Shown here one piece after another: positions 23,453-36,409 of a DNA stretch of 64,000 nucleotides (positions within the stretch are counted from its first letter, which is position 1; the number at the start of each line of letters is the position of its first letter). The notes beneath the pieces are model-generated. The model was not told where the DNA came from. It saw only the letters and a list, made by a program, of their open reading frames with translations, and did no database searches. The position numbers were made by a program, and so were the translations under genes. Location: the NCBI RefSeq assembly GCF_963506605.1, contig NC_083284.1:40300001-40364000 (forward strand), given 5' to 3'. The DNA is from Zootoca vivipara (Eukaryota).

Positions 23453-26400
23453 ATCACAAGTGCATTTTTTAATGAAAAAGAAAGCAAGATGGTACTGCAC
23501 CGTCTGAGGGGAGCGCACTCTAAATTGGAAACGTATGGCAAATATGGGGGGTGGGGTGGAGAAAGGCAGAGTTCTTACAATGATAGAAAGTAAGAATATG
23601 AAAAACGTAATGCCTGAAAAAGTAAAAATATCATGCATGACAAGAAGGGAATGCCCAAATGAGTGCTTTTTCCACTTCTCCAATCTTTGTTGTTGTTGGG
23701 AGAATTCTGGACGATAAGATTATCTACATGTTGACAGACGTGTTTATTTGCTTCTGGCAAAAAAAAAAATCCCACCACATATTACTCTCAGCATTTTCTA
23801 ATTTTAAGAGATGGAAAGGCCATGCTCTCCCATTGCCAGAAGGTATTACTCTCACATCCCTTTCACTCAGACAGTATATCTTGGTTATTAACCTGAATGA
23901 TGTACTATAGTTTATAGCAGGATAACTGGACAGATAACTGGTGACTTGTTTTTCTATTCATACATCATTTGTCTGCTTGCTTCTAAGAATACAATGGTCA
24001 CAATCCTCACATGAATCAGAGCTAACAGCCCACTCTGCAACCCCTTCTCTGTAGCCCACCACTGCACATACTTTTGTCTTCTTGGAAAAGAGAGTTAATG
24101 AAAAAAACGTGTTATTGGTTTCTCTCCATCCCTTGTTTGCTGTCACTGGATTTAGAGCCAGCTAAATTTGCAGTTAGGTAGAGAAGAAGATATGGATTTG
24201 CAGAAGCTATGTGTGTCAGCCTGTGGGGCATCACTGCTACGCAAAGTGAGGCAGCTATCTCAGGAGGTGGGCAACAAGGAGAAGTGCAGTCGTGATGGAA
24301 GACAGAGTTGTGTGTGCCATTCAGCCTGCCCATCACCCACTAAGATAGCCTGCTGTCCTTAGTTACAGTGGAGGATACTGACCTGTCACCAATGTAGAAG
24401 TTAAATTCACCTGCAGTCCAGTCAGCTTCTAGAGCTATTTCACTGGAGGACAGTTTATCTGCAAGACCTTTAGATGGCAGATTTGCTAGAGTTCCTTTTA
24501 AAGATAGGTGTTTCCCTTGTCCCCATTTGGGGTTAGAAACCGTAAACTATGCATTCTTTTCCTATAGTGATTACCACCAGGGGGCTGGGGGAATGCATAA
24601 TCCAACCTCTTATGCGATTGCGTAACAGCAGGGTTGCGGAACTGGTGGTCCTTCTTGCATTTCTGGGTTTCCACTCCCATCAACTTCACTCAGCATAGCC
24701 AATAGTCAGGGGTGATATATATTTTTTAATGCAGAACAGGTGACAAATTTGTAAAATGTTATATTTCTAACATTTCAAACACATGTTTTGATTGCCAGTG
24801 CTTTGTCTGTCACCCTTTTTAATCAGTTTTATTGATAGGCTGTGTTTTGTAGATAGTGCAATAGATTGGTTGACTATTATATGCATGCTCGGTTAGCTAT
24901 TTGTAATAAAATAGACGCCTTACAAAAGGCTTGGAGATAAATCTTTACTTGTCAGGTTGGCAACAGCCAAACAAGAAGAATTATTCATATATACCGTATA
25001 TTTATGAATAAAATACATTTCTCTCCCTTGAGCTCAAGAGAGGGTTTAGTCCTTTTTGTTTTCAAAACTCCTTTACAACAGTAAAAAGGTATTAATCCAT
25101 AGCTTGCCTGTCCTCACAAACTCCTCCGCAAAGCGTCTGCTTGAAGTCACAACACTCCCACATTCTCAGTCAAGGAATCAACTAACAGAATAACCAACCA
25201 GTTGCCAACTGCCACCTTCTTCCCTCAATACTATTTATTCTTTGTGAAATACATTTACAATGCAAGTACAATATAAATACTAACAGCTCCTACTACTTCG
25301 AGCTGCAGGACGGGAGATCTGTCTCCCCCCGCCCCCACATTTCAGTGCACATACAAAATTGGCATGTTAGGCTAGGCTGGAAATCTCGTGCCTAACAAGC
25401 ATGGGTTGAACTTTAACACTGCTGACCACTCAGCTTCTCTAAGGTTGCATTCAAATAAATGGTTTGAGGACTGCAGCCACCGTAAGTTCCTGCCTTGATC
25501 CCAGCGGCTAATTACCTCTTGCATTTTGTGGGATCCAATTCAATATCTTCAATGCATCATTAGACAAGAACCCCATGATATTTAACAGGAATAACTGCTG
25601 ATGCTGCTACTATTACTTTGTTTAGGGGAAACAGTGGACTAAACAATGTTTTTTTAAGTATGTTCGTTTTCTGGAATGTCTCTTGTGTTTGTGTAAACAG
25701 ACCCCCTAGACAGGTAAAGCTCTGATTGCTCCATGTCTACCTGTAACTCAGCATTCAAACTTTTTAAAACGTGTGCTTAATTATTTGAATCACTGCAAAG
25801 TGCTTGGATTCTTCTCATAAACACACTGTTGTATTCTGCCTAATATATAAACACCACGACCCATGTCTGAGAATGTTGGGAATTTTATTAGCCCCATAAA
25901 GTTTCTGTTGAAGTCTAGTGCCGTAAGTCCAAAATAAATAATACAGAGAAACCATTAGAAACAATTATTTACCCTATTCTCCCTTCTCCTTCTTTCTCTA
26001 CATCCACCAAACCAGTAACTCTCCAAATAAACTTTGCCACTGTGGTTACTGAGGTCATTTATGTTTGCTATCTCAGTATTCTGTAAGCAAATGAGCCAGA
26101 GATTCAGAGCAAATCTGACGGAAATGAGTAAAGATGGGGGAAAGTGAGCACTTACCTTTTTGAATGCCTAAAAAATGACACTTTCATTTTCTTGAGATGC
26201 AAAAGTATTTGAATACAATTGACTGGCCCACAGCTAACAGGCAGGTGACTATGCAACAATACATTCTATATTCCAAGCTTTCCCTGATCCATAAGATTGG
26301 GCCTTGTCTTACACGACTGAATTTCTGCTTTATTCACTTTTATGCGTTTTTACATGGCTGTCTTACTGGTCTTAGGTTGTATTTTTGTTTCAGTGTTTTA

Positions 26401-26536
26401 AACATACATTACTTGCTTTTAGACCGTACGGCAACTTAAAGAGTGGGGATGATTTCATTTGGTGGCTTGCGCTGACAGAGGTATCAGAAGAGAGTGTCAC
26501 TGAATTCCTCCCACAATGTTTGAATGGGCTTGTAGT

Positions 26537-26740
26537 CAGTGACGTGGCAACGGGGGGGGCAGGGGGTGGTGTGACTCATGTGCCATGACTGGGGGGGTGT
26601 GACAAGAAGGCACCCCGTGGTGGCTCGCCTGACGCAGCGGCACAAGCAGCCATCGTGCCGCCGCAGTCGCATGTGGAGGATCCTCCGTTTGTGGCTGCAG
26701 CCACGAGCAGAGGATCCCGGCACAGTCCGTATAGCACTGG
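26537..26740. mobile_element. GC-rich hAT-like MITE with internal palindromes
   Basis: CAGTG...CACTG ends; 40-bp imperfect palindrome at 26678-26717; no clear TSD. Confidence 0.45.
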
Positions 26741-27845
26741 AGTGCCACCCAGGATTTATGTCAAGCTGGAATAGAAATAATGGCTCAGAACAGCCACAAA
26801 GAAAGCCATTTGAACTATTATCAGTTTAATAATTGCAGCCCCAGAGCCAGGAGATGTTCCAATGAATTTGCAGTTAAAGACAATAATTGAAGTATTTTTT
26901 TTCAAAGAAGGCAGTGAACAAGAGGAATAGGTACTTATTTGTGTAATGCAATCATTCCGTATTCAATGTTTTTGGAAAATAATTTCTGGAATGCAGTAAT
27001 TGGCAGTGCTACATGTTAGCAGATCCCATTCTTAATCTGCCATAAAGCTCCCAGTTCATGCTGGGTAAGTGTAATTGTGTGACTTCCTCTTATCATGAAT
27101 GAACTTCAAAAGAAGATAAAGATCTTTAAAGCATTTGGGAGACCATACTCGATAAGTCTCTCAGCCCCAATTACCTACCTTGGGAGGATTTATAAATAAT
27201 GCAAAGGGCCTTTGTTCTGGGAAGAAATAATTTGAGAAAAACTCTTTTGTGTTCCTTGTTCTCATTGGTCTTAAGATACTTTTTTATGGTGTAGCTCTAT
27301 ATTTAAACATTTAAGGCCTCCTTTTCTTTTGCCAAAATATAAATACGGCTTACTGTAAATGAGGCTCAGCTTTTCTTCTTATCCGCAGCCAGGGAGATTG
27401 CAGAGGATGCATTGGAAACATATGATGACCTTGAAGGCCATAACTAATTTGCATAGTGTGGATACACATAATTGGCATACTTGGCATATCAGTTGCTCAC
27501 ATTTTATTGGGGAGGAACCAAGACCCAAGAGGTGTGGCCCATATTCAGAGACACCTTAACTGGCCTATGTTGGGAAAGAACTTAAACCAGCCTCTCAAAA
27601 CTAATACGGACATCGAGAGATGAAAAGATGGCCATTCTCTCTAAGAGCAAACTCTGAGTGCCAACAGATTGGAAAGCAAAACAGGGCGAGTAAGAAACAA
27701 GGCGATCTCAACATGTCTGGGTGAACCTTGAGATAGACAGAAGTACAAAACAAATCCATCCTAGTGATGATTAAGCATGCTCAGTTGTTTCCAGGAGTGA
27801 CAGAATATTATGTGCCAGTTGGCAAAGTCAACTGAGTAACTAAAG

Positions 27846-28288
27846 CAGGGTTGGGGAAGCTGTGGGCGAGGTGTGCTAACTCTTAGGGGTGGAGGTGTCT
27901 TCGGCCCTCTCAAAATCTGTTGGCATGGGGCCAGGCCCCCTCAACACTGAGGGGTCAGAGGTTGATCACTGAGCTGAGAGTGGTGCAGTTCAGTGGCCGG
28001 CTCCTCCTGAGTGTGAGAAAGGAAACTGTGCCACACTGGTCTCTGTGCTTGGCCTCCTGATGATGTGACATCACACATACGCTGCATGCCGGGCATCTAA
28101 CACCACACACACACACAGTGAATGGTGGGTGGCACTCCTCAATCTTGGGTGCAAGACAGCCCCTCTGCTGGAGGCATCCAGATGTTGGTGGACTCTAGCA
28201 TAACCAATGGTCAGGGGAAGATGGGAGTAATACAAGAAGAAAGATGGGAAGATGGGAGTAATACCAGGCCCCAGATTTCCCACCCCTG
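27846..28288. mobile_element. Decayed palindromic hAT MITE split by a second hAT-like insertion (~27868-28168)
   Basis: CAGGGTTGGGGAA...TTCCCACCCCTG outer ends; degenerate TSD CTGTGGGC / CTGGAGGC around the insert. Confidence 0.4.
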
Positions 28289-29618
28289 CTGTAGAGACAC
28301 TCAACCTTTAGGGATTTAATGCGACCATTTGTTCCTCGAACTAGTGTTTTCATTCTTCATCTCAAAGTTCAGTAGACCTTTTATCTCAGCACATAAACAT
28401 TATTTTAAAACCAATATTTTACAGAGTTGGAAAACTATGACCTTCTCATCAATGATGCCCTCATGAAGGAAGCCAACAACTTTTGTAGCATTATTTCTCT
28501 CTCTCATACAATAGCTATCGTGTACTCTTAAAAAAGCCGTTAAATGGAAAATTGTATTTCTTGCATAGAAAGAGCCAGAACTCAAACTGGCTTTCATCTT
28601 AATTAATCAACAGCCTGATTCACATCCCCACTTAAAAGAAAGCACTTAAGATTTATATAATTCCATTAACTCCAGTTGACTCTTGTATTTGGCTGTAAAT
28701 CTGTACGGGGTTTTACAGTTTATTAATCAAACCCTCTCTTCTGCTGACTGAAATACTTCAACCTGGGGAGATAATAATCCTTGTACGTCCAATTGTAACA
28801 AATTTATTGTTACATAAGCTTCCCTGGACTAGTGCCCGCTTCATATAGTGGTTAACGGATACAAAGTCCTCACTGGTAATTTAAATCAAAAGGTGACATT
28901 AACAGTGCAATTGAATACTTAGATTCAATGTGGCTTACTTTCGAGGAAGTGTGCACTTAACTGCAGCCTAAGTGTCCTCTCTTGCCTCCTGACGAAGCAA
29001 TCTCTCCCCCCCTCCCGCCCTTGTGCTGGGCAGAGGTGTCTCCCAAGTAGACCTACAGGCCTCCTTCAGCCTCCCACTGGCAGACGCATCATTACTCCAC
29101 TGGTGCAGAGCCCCTGCTTCTTTCCACCAAATGGAAGATGAAGCTTTCTCGAGTGGGGTTGGCGCAAGCTGACCCAGGATCCATTGTATCCTGAGCTAGC
29201 TCTGTTGCCGCTATGTGATGGCAACAGGCTTGATCCAGGTCCAATCACAGCACCACCATTAAGCTGGCACAGCAATCTACCTCCACTTCCCACATGTTGC
29301 AGGTATAGGAATGACCCTGCTTCTCTATAATTTCCCTTTGGACTGAGAGGGAGGTAGCTAGGATTGCTCACTTAGTCTTCCTGTTCCTGCCTTTCTATAC
29401 CTTTATTGCTCTTTCCTCACCCAAAATACACACATGCATTTCCTCCACCACTACCTCATCACCAGGCTTCCTCTGCTTCACTTTTCTTAGGCTTCTGGCT
29501 CTTCTCTGTTTTCTGATATTCTCTTGCTGTTCTCCCTTTCTTAAAGCTCACATCCTCTTCATCTTCCTTGCTCTGCTACCACCCATTTGATACCAGCGGT
29601 GCTCAGGTGACCCTAGTG

Positions 29619-29754
29619 CAGGCTTCCTCAGCCTCGGCCCTCCAGATGTTTTGAGACTACAATTCCCATCATCCCTGACCACTGGTCCTGCTAGCTAGGG
29701 ATCATAGGAGTTGTAGGCCAAAAACATCTGGAGGACCAAGTTTGAGGAAGCCTG
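29619..29754. mobile_element. Palindromic hAT MITE (GACTACAATTCCCA family)
   Basis: CAGGCTTCCTCA...TGAGGAAGCCTG; homologous to 17991-18126 and 36254-36389. Confidence 0.85.
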
Positions 29755-30146
29755 CAATGGTGTCTGTGTGATGTTACTCTCATAGGCAAGCTGACCTTTC
29801 ACTTTCCCTCCAAAAACGCAATAAAATTTTGCTGAGATTCTGTGTTCCACCACAGTTAATATTTATGAGCATTTCATACCATTATAGAAGTGTCCAACCA
29901 ATTACATAGATACAAAATGGCTGGGAGAGTTCTAATTCAGGCATGCAAATGGATGTTTGTATAAGATTTTGTCTTCATAGACCTATTTTAAGTGTATCAA
30001 GGAGGCCTTGAATAAGCATAATAATACATATTTGTATGCTGGGGAGGGGAACAGATGGAAAAATCTGAAATAATCAGAAACATATGGAGTTGGATTATTT
30101 ATTTATGGTCATTTTTTAATATTGCCTTTCCTTATATCCCCGGGGC

Positions 30147-30292
30147 NNNNNNNNNNNNNNNNNNNNNNNNNNNNNNNNNNNNNNNNNNNNNNNNNNNNNN
30201 NNNNNNNNNNNNNNNNNNNNNNNNNNNNNNNNNNNNNNNNNNNNNNNNNNNNNNNNNNNNNNNNNNNNNNNNNNNNNNNNNNNNNNNNNNNN
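30147..30292. other. Assembly gap (N run)
   Basis: 146 N. Confidence 1.
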
Positions 30293-30329
30293 ATCACAGA
30301 AGTAACATAAAACAGAAAGATTAATATCG

Positions 30330-30495
30330 TATCCCAAACTTGAGAAGATAAAAGGTAGATGCCAGGTGAAACTTTCTGGGAAGAGTTTTCAATCATTAGG
30401 GCCCCACTCCTTGAAGACCCTCTCTCTAGCAAGCAGCTGCCTCAGCTTAATTGTTGGGGCACCCATAGGAGGCCCTTCCCTGTAGGGCTTAATGT
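30330..30495 (-). mobile_element. Old L2 3' fragment
   Basis: Reverse strand resembles the L2 C-terminal 'R.F...P..WN.LP..' region. Confidence 0.35.
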
Positions 30496-31154
30496 ACAAT
30501 GAGTCAGACATGGTAACCCTTGTCTGCACTAAGCACCGAAAGCAGTATTATGCCACTTTAAACAGGCCTAGCTTCCCCCAAAGGATCCTAGGCGCTGTCA
30601 TTTGTAAGGAACTGAGAGTTGTTAGGGGACCCCAAGTCCCCTCAGAGAGCTACAATTCCCAGAGCTCCCTGGGAAGATGGACTGATTGTTAAACGTCTCT
30701 GAGAACTGTAGCTCCCTGAGGTGAGCTGGAGAAAAACATAGGTCAAATATATGTTGCCTATGCTTTTCCATTCCCACACAGTGTGAACTAAACACACAAC
30801 TGTCAACAGAATAACTTTTCTTTTAAGGGAATCATAGGACACTGGTTATGGGGGGGGGGTCATTTACGATGGCCAAACCTTATTCCAAACTGTTCAGAAA
30901 GTGTATGTAATTTGAGTGTAATCTCAAATGAAAGGTCCACTTTGGGAATACTTCTTTTTATGCAAAGGTCCGAGTTATGATCCCTGCAAATGCAGCTGTC
31001 AACATTCTACAAATCTGTGGGGGGAAATAACAATTTGTGATGATGTTCTGTTCTGGGTCTTGGGAGATGTGGTTACATTTTTGTGATCCACAGACATTTC
31101 TTGTGTCTCACAGAGTTTTTACATGACCTAAGGCAAATTGTTTAGATTCTTAAA

Positions 31155-31318
31155 AAAGGTAAAGGGACCCCTGACCATTAGGTCCAGTCGTGACCGACTC
31201 TGGGGTTGCGGTGCTCATCTCACGTTATTGGCCGAGGGAGCGCCGTTTACCTTCCCGCCGGAGCGATACCTATTTATCTACTTTGACGTGCTTTCAAACT
31301 GCTAGGTTGGCAGGAGCT
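31155..31318 (-). mobile_element. Sauria SINE, 5'-truncated and internally deleted
   Basis: AAAGGTAAAGGGACCCCTGACCATTAGGTCCAGTCGTGACCGACTCTGGGGTTGCGG, reverse of the 3' end of 22945-23295. Confidence 0.9.
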
Positions 31319-33515
31319 CGTGTTCTTAGGGAGTTGCAATTAGCACGTCCCACTTTTTGAGTTATAGGCTACAGCTTTGTGACATATAAAAACATAGGAA
31401 GTTGTCTAGACACTGACTGGCAGTGGCTTTTGGAATTTTGGAGAGAAACTTAGAGAAGCTAGAGAATGAAGCTGGTACTTTCTGGAGCCAAATAATGTGT
31501 TATGTCACTGTATTCCCTCCTCGCTTGAGGTGCACTGAGCTTCTTCAAATGGCTCACCAAATCGTTGTCTCTATCCCTCCTTTGCTATCGCTCTCCTGCA
31601 TCTTTTCACTTTATTACACTGCTCCTGATGGTTACTGGAAACCTGAATGCCATGCTTCTCAAAAAAACATGCTATTCGAGGTCTAGGGTGGCATCTCAAG
31701 TGATATGTGTTGAGTCATCTGACTATTAGGTAAATAACTGACCTATAGGTTGCAACACCAGAGATACTATGTGACCGCAGGTGTAAATCTGACAGCTACA
31801 GGCAGTAATTACTCTCATTAATTCATTCACCTCAGTTTTATGGTTCCTGGATGTATAACATACCTATAAACCGAGGTGCTGGGCACCCACTTGAAACCAA
31901 GCCTTGAACCTAGTGCAGACAGCATAAGAATAAATAATACAAGTGCCCGTAACATGAAATAAATGTAGTTTAACTTTGATGAAGATTGAAAGGTTGGCTC
32001 TGTATCACAGAGTAATTTTTCGCTTCCTTCCAGTACCAGGCTGGAATGTGTATACAGAGTTTTTACTATGACGTATGAGTTGATTAGCCTTGACAGAAGA
32101 ACATGTTTAATTACTGAAGAGGCTTTTTAATTGTGGTTTGTGGGCAGCTTTTGTGTTTTGGGAGGTAAGTCGTAAGTTGTAGATGAGATGGTCCTGGACG
32201 AGAGAGGCACTAGCTCTGAATGAGAACTGGACTACATATATAAACAGGACTAGTTGCTGGCAAAAGTATTACTGGCTTTATAAAAATAGCAGATGTGGAG
32301 GGAAAGGGTGCCAAGACGACTAACACAATCTCAGCGGGAAGCCGTTGGCATGTAAATGTTAATGACCCAACAAGGCACCATGAAGGAAGACGTTTGCTAG
32401 AAATCCAAAAATGTGGATGAAGTTGCCGAGATTAACATTCCCAGGGGAAGGAAGGGGGAGGAGAATACCTAATAAATACATGTAATGTGAGCACTGCAGT
32501 GTTTAAGCCTTAAAATGTTTGGCGAAGGAAATTAGAATTTATAAGTCATTAAACTAAAGATAAATCCAGGAGTTGAATAATTCTGCCAGAGTACTGGAGT
32601 AAGTAGAAAGAGGGGGGGAACTGGGCAGCAGCACACAACAAAAGTGCTGCTGTCAGATTTGATGGCTTGGAGCTCATATTTATTTGTTTGGATTTATTGA
32701 TATTTCCATCCTACCTTGAAAGCACAGGTTAGGCTGCAACATTTAATCCTGCGTACATGACCAGATTAAATTGAAGCAATGATTTACTTCTGAAGGGCAT
32801 CATTTGATATTAGTTAGAAACAGAACCCTGTGATGGGCTCGGAGGGAAATTGGAATGGGGAATTACTGGAATCTGGTGGTGCTTCCTTTCCGTTCCAGAG
32901 AGCCCTGGTGCTGAGTCAGATCTCACAGGACATGCATAATATCACCATCCTGCAAGAGATTATGCATGTGCAAGAGAGCCTGGGTGGATTCTGGAAACCG
33001 TTCTAGAGGTTCTGTGGAACTATGGGCAAAAAAATCAAGTCCTGCCAAACCATTTCTGGAGCGGTTGATATGAATGTAGGTTGGCGGATGCTGTGGCTTT
33101 GGTCTCCTAAACGCCATTTATAACAGGGTTGGGGAAGCGGTTTCCCCCCCTTGTTGTTGCACTCCAACTCTCCTCAGCCCATCCAGCAAATCCCATGGGC
33201 AGGAATTATCAGAGTTGTAGTCCAGCAACATCTGGGGGAACACACATTCCCTGCTGATTTATAATTCCCAATGGTAATGCATTCATTTTTAAAATGCAAA
33301 AAAGATTTCATAATCCACAATACTTTTTTTTAAATGGAAAAAGTTGCACCATTAAGAATAACAAATTCTAGAAAAAGGAAACATGACTTTCTACTACCAG
33401 CATTGAAAATATGGAGCTTTTAAGATTCAAAACAAGACTCTACCAAGTAAGAAAAATAAAAATCAGGATAGGAGCACATAAGGAGGCACCGTTGTCACTT
33501 TGGGTTTCCATCTTA

Positions 33516-33793
33516 CAGTGGTACCTCTAGTTGCAGACTTAATCCATTTCGGGGTGCCGTTTGCACCCCGAAAAGTCCACAACTAGAACACCTCTTCCGC
33601 GCATGTGCGTGGCGCGATCGAGTGCTTCTGTGCATGCGCAAAGTGCGCAGATTGCTTTTGTGCATGTGCGAAGCACACAGATCGCTTCTGCGCATTCATG
33701 TGTGGTGAACCCGGAAGTAAACACTTCCGGCTTTGCCGCGTTTGTAAGCTGAAAGTCCGTAACAAGAGTGGAATGCAACTAGAGGTACCAATG
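33516..33793. mobile_element. Tc1/mariner (Tigger-like) MITE with NRF1-like and ETS motif repeats
   Basis: TA|CAGTGGTACCTCTAGTTGCA...TGCAACTAGAGGTACCAATG|TA; repeated GCTTCTG(C/T)GCATG(C/T)GC units; CCGGAAGTAAACACTTCCGG. Confidence 0.85.
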
Positions 33794-34155
33794 TACTTTG
33801 AAAGTATAGGCTAGGTCAAGGGTCACCAGCCTGACCATGGTGCCCACCAGGGTGTTCTTGGATGCCCTCACGATAAACCATTCTCCTCAGGTTTCCAGGT
33901 TTCAATAAAACCCAAAGTAAGTTTCTAGCATTTTCAGAACCTAGGAGGCAAAATGTACATACACCATGTACATTATAAATTAGCCTGCTCCACACCTTTC
34001 AGTGGTTTACTCTGTCTCTCCAGAAGCCTCCCCCACCCCACCACCCAGGAATCTTGCAAACACCCATGTGTGAGAGGGAAAATACACTTGGGAGAAAAAT
34101 GGGGAAAGAGCTATGTGTGGTCTGTGTGTGAGAGGGAGATATGCATTTGGCAGGA

Positions 34156-34287
34156 NNNNNNNNNNNNNNNNNNNNNNNNNNNNNNNNNNNNNNNNNNNNN
34201 NNNNNNNNNNNNNNNNNNNNNNNNNNNNNNNNNNNNNNNNNNNNNNNNNNNNNNNNNNNNNNNNNNNNNNNNNNNNNNNNNNNNNNN
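34156..34287. other. Assembly gap (N run)
   Basis: 132 N. Confidence 1.
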
Positions 34288-34950
34288 TATATTTTTTCAT
34301 GTTACTAGGGAATGCTCCATGTTGTTGGTGTGCGTTGTTATGTGTGCATGGAATTAATATTGTGTGATCTCCACCATCAAAGCCAGCAGGATATAGCTAG
34401 CTACCCAAGGTAAGCCTGAAGTTGCCCAGGGCACGGAGAAGAAACCATGTACTCTTTTGTATTCTACATATCCTGTCTTGCAGTCTTTGTGTACTTTGAC
34501 ATGCTGCCATGGCAGCCATTTTGTGACTGATGTCTCAAAACTTAACACGTGCCCTGGTCCAAAAAGATTACCGACCCCTGAGCGAAAGTAATGCAATGTG
34601 TCATGGAGGATATAATTGTCAATGACTATGAGCCATATTCACTCAATAGAACCTCAGAGTGCAGGCTGTTGGTGTGATCGTATGTGTGGAAGTGTCCAAA
34701 TGTAAGGGAAGGGTTGTTGCCTTCATGCATTACTTATGTGCTTCCTAAAAACATCTACATCCCAGCGCTTTGTCTAATTAAGCAACCTATGGCTTTTTAA
34801 ACTGCATATGGGAGGTATTGTTGTGCATTTTTGTGTTGTAATCTGTGTTCCTCGGATGAAGGTTGGGATGGAAATTCAATAAATAGATAAATAAATAAAA
34901 ATACTTGGACGCAGTTCGATACCAGATGCTGGATTTACTCTTGGTCCGAT

Positions 34951-35215
34951 CATAAGAACATAACACGAGTTCTGTCAGATCAGACCAAAGGTCTATCTGG
35001 CTCAGCATCTTGTCCTCACAGCAGCTAACTAGATCCATGGGAAGCCTGCAAACTGTACACTCTCCTCCCTTGCGATACCCAGTGATGGGTCTACAGAGGT
35101 GTATTGCCTCTGATAGTGGAGGTAGAACATAACCTTCATGGCTATTAAACTACCCACCTCCATTTTGTTTCATCTTCTTTTAAAGCCACCCAGGTTCGAG
35201 GCCATCACTAACATG
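34951..35215 (-). mobile_element. CR1 LINE 3' end
   Basis: CATAAGAACATAA tail, then GATCAGACCAAAGGTCTATCT...CAGCATCTTGTCCTCACAG, the antisense CR1 3' UTR. Confidence 0.65.
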
Positions 35216-35406
35216 AATGGGATTAAAAGAGGATTAGACAAATTCACAGAGTAATAAGGCTAGCAATGGGTGCTAGCCGTGGTAGCTCTGTTCTACACTG
35301 TTTGGGGTGGGGTGCACCCTACAAGGCTGTTACTTATCATTGCCAGCCACCATGAGTTCAATCCATCTTATCATTGCCAGAGTTCGTTCAATCCATCATT
35401 TGCATT

Positions 35407-35462
35407 CAGTGGCGGAGCTCGGGGCGGCTCGCCCCTACCACCCCTATCTTCCTACACCCCTG
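35407..35462. mobile_element. Minimal 56-bp hAT MITE
   Basis: Perfect TSD TTTGCATT (35399-35406 / 35463-35470); CAGTGGCGGAG...CTACACCCCTG ends. Confidence 0.7.
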
Positions 35463-36253
35463 TTTGCATTATCTATATTTGAGACAGTTAATCAGTCAAT
35501 TAAAAGTGATCTTCCAAATGTCCAGCTTTTGCAACATCAGCAGCAGAAAAGAAAAGAGGATTAAATTTTGACTCTAAAGACTTCTTTGTTTTTTAAAACT
35601 CCCAACTGCTTCTCTACTGGTTTTGCTTTACTGGCATCCTTCTGTAGTCTGCCCATGTGGTCCCCCCCCTTGCCTTTCTAGGTGTTGCAATTGCTTTGTA
35701 ATTTCCTCTTCAAGATATGGGGAGTGGTAGTGGTGCCAGAAGGAAGTTTGTGGAATCATTGAAATCCAAAAAGTCTATTAAAAACACGACTTGGCCTTTT
35801 CTAGATGTAGGAGAAATTGCCAACAGCCATTTGCAGAACTAGAAATAAATGTTGGACATTAATCTTGGAAAGATATTATTCTACATGACTAGGATATGCT
35901 GCAGGATATATAGCTGGTATTCCTTCTGCAGTGACAGCTGGCTCTTTCGTCAGTTATTCCCCTTTCATTTCGGGAACCATTGAGAACTAAATTACATTTC
36001 TGCTGAAACTGAAACTCTTTCACTGACTAACCAAATATTTCTTTTTTGACTCTCCTAATTTATCATCTGAAAACATTTTTGAAAAGAGATTCAACTGAAT
36101 TATTGATCTGACAAAGAAGTGTATGGTCACAAAGCTCAGTTTGATAGAGCCTCCAACCAGAATAGCTTTGTTTGTCTCCAGCTATTGCAAAGTTTAAAAA
36201 TTTCCAAGAATAATAATTATAAATTATCCTGTAAAGATGAATACAATCTAGGT

Positions 36254-36389
36254 CAGGCATCCCCAAACTTCGGCCCTCCAGATATTTTGGACTACAATTC
36301 CCATCTTCCCTGACCACTGGTCCTGCTAGCTAGGAATCATGGGAGTTGTAGGCCAAAACATCTGGAGGGCCGCAGTTTGGGGATGCCTG
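36254..36389. mobile_element. Palindromic hAT MITE (GACTACAATTCCCA family)
   Basis: CAGGCATCCCCAAACT...AGTTTGGGGATGCCTG; TSD ATCTAGGT / ACCTAGGT. Confidence 0.9.
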
Positions 36390-36409
36390 ACCTAGGTGAT
36401 ATTCATATA

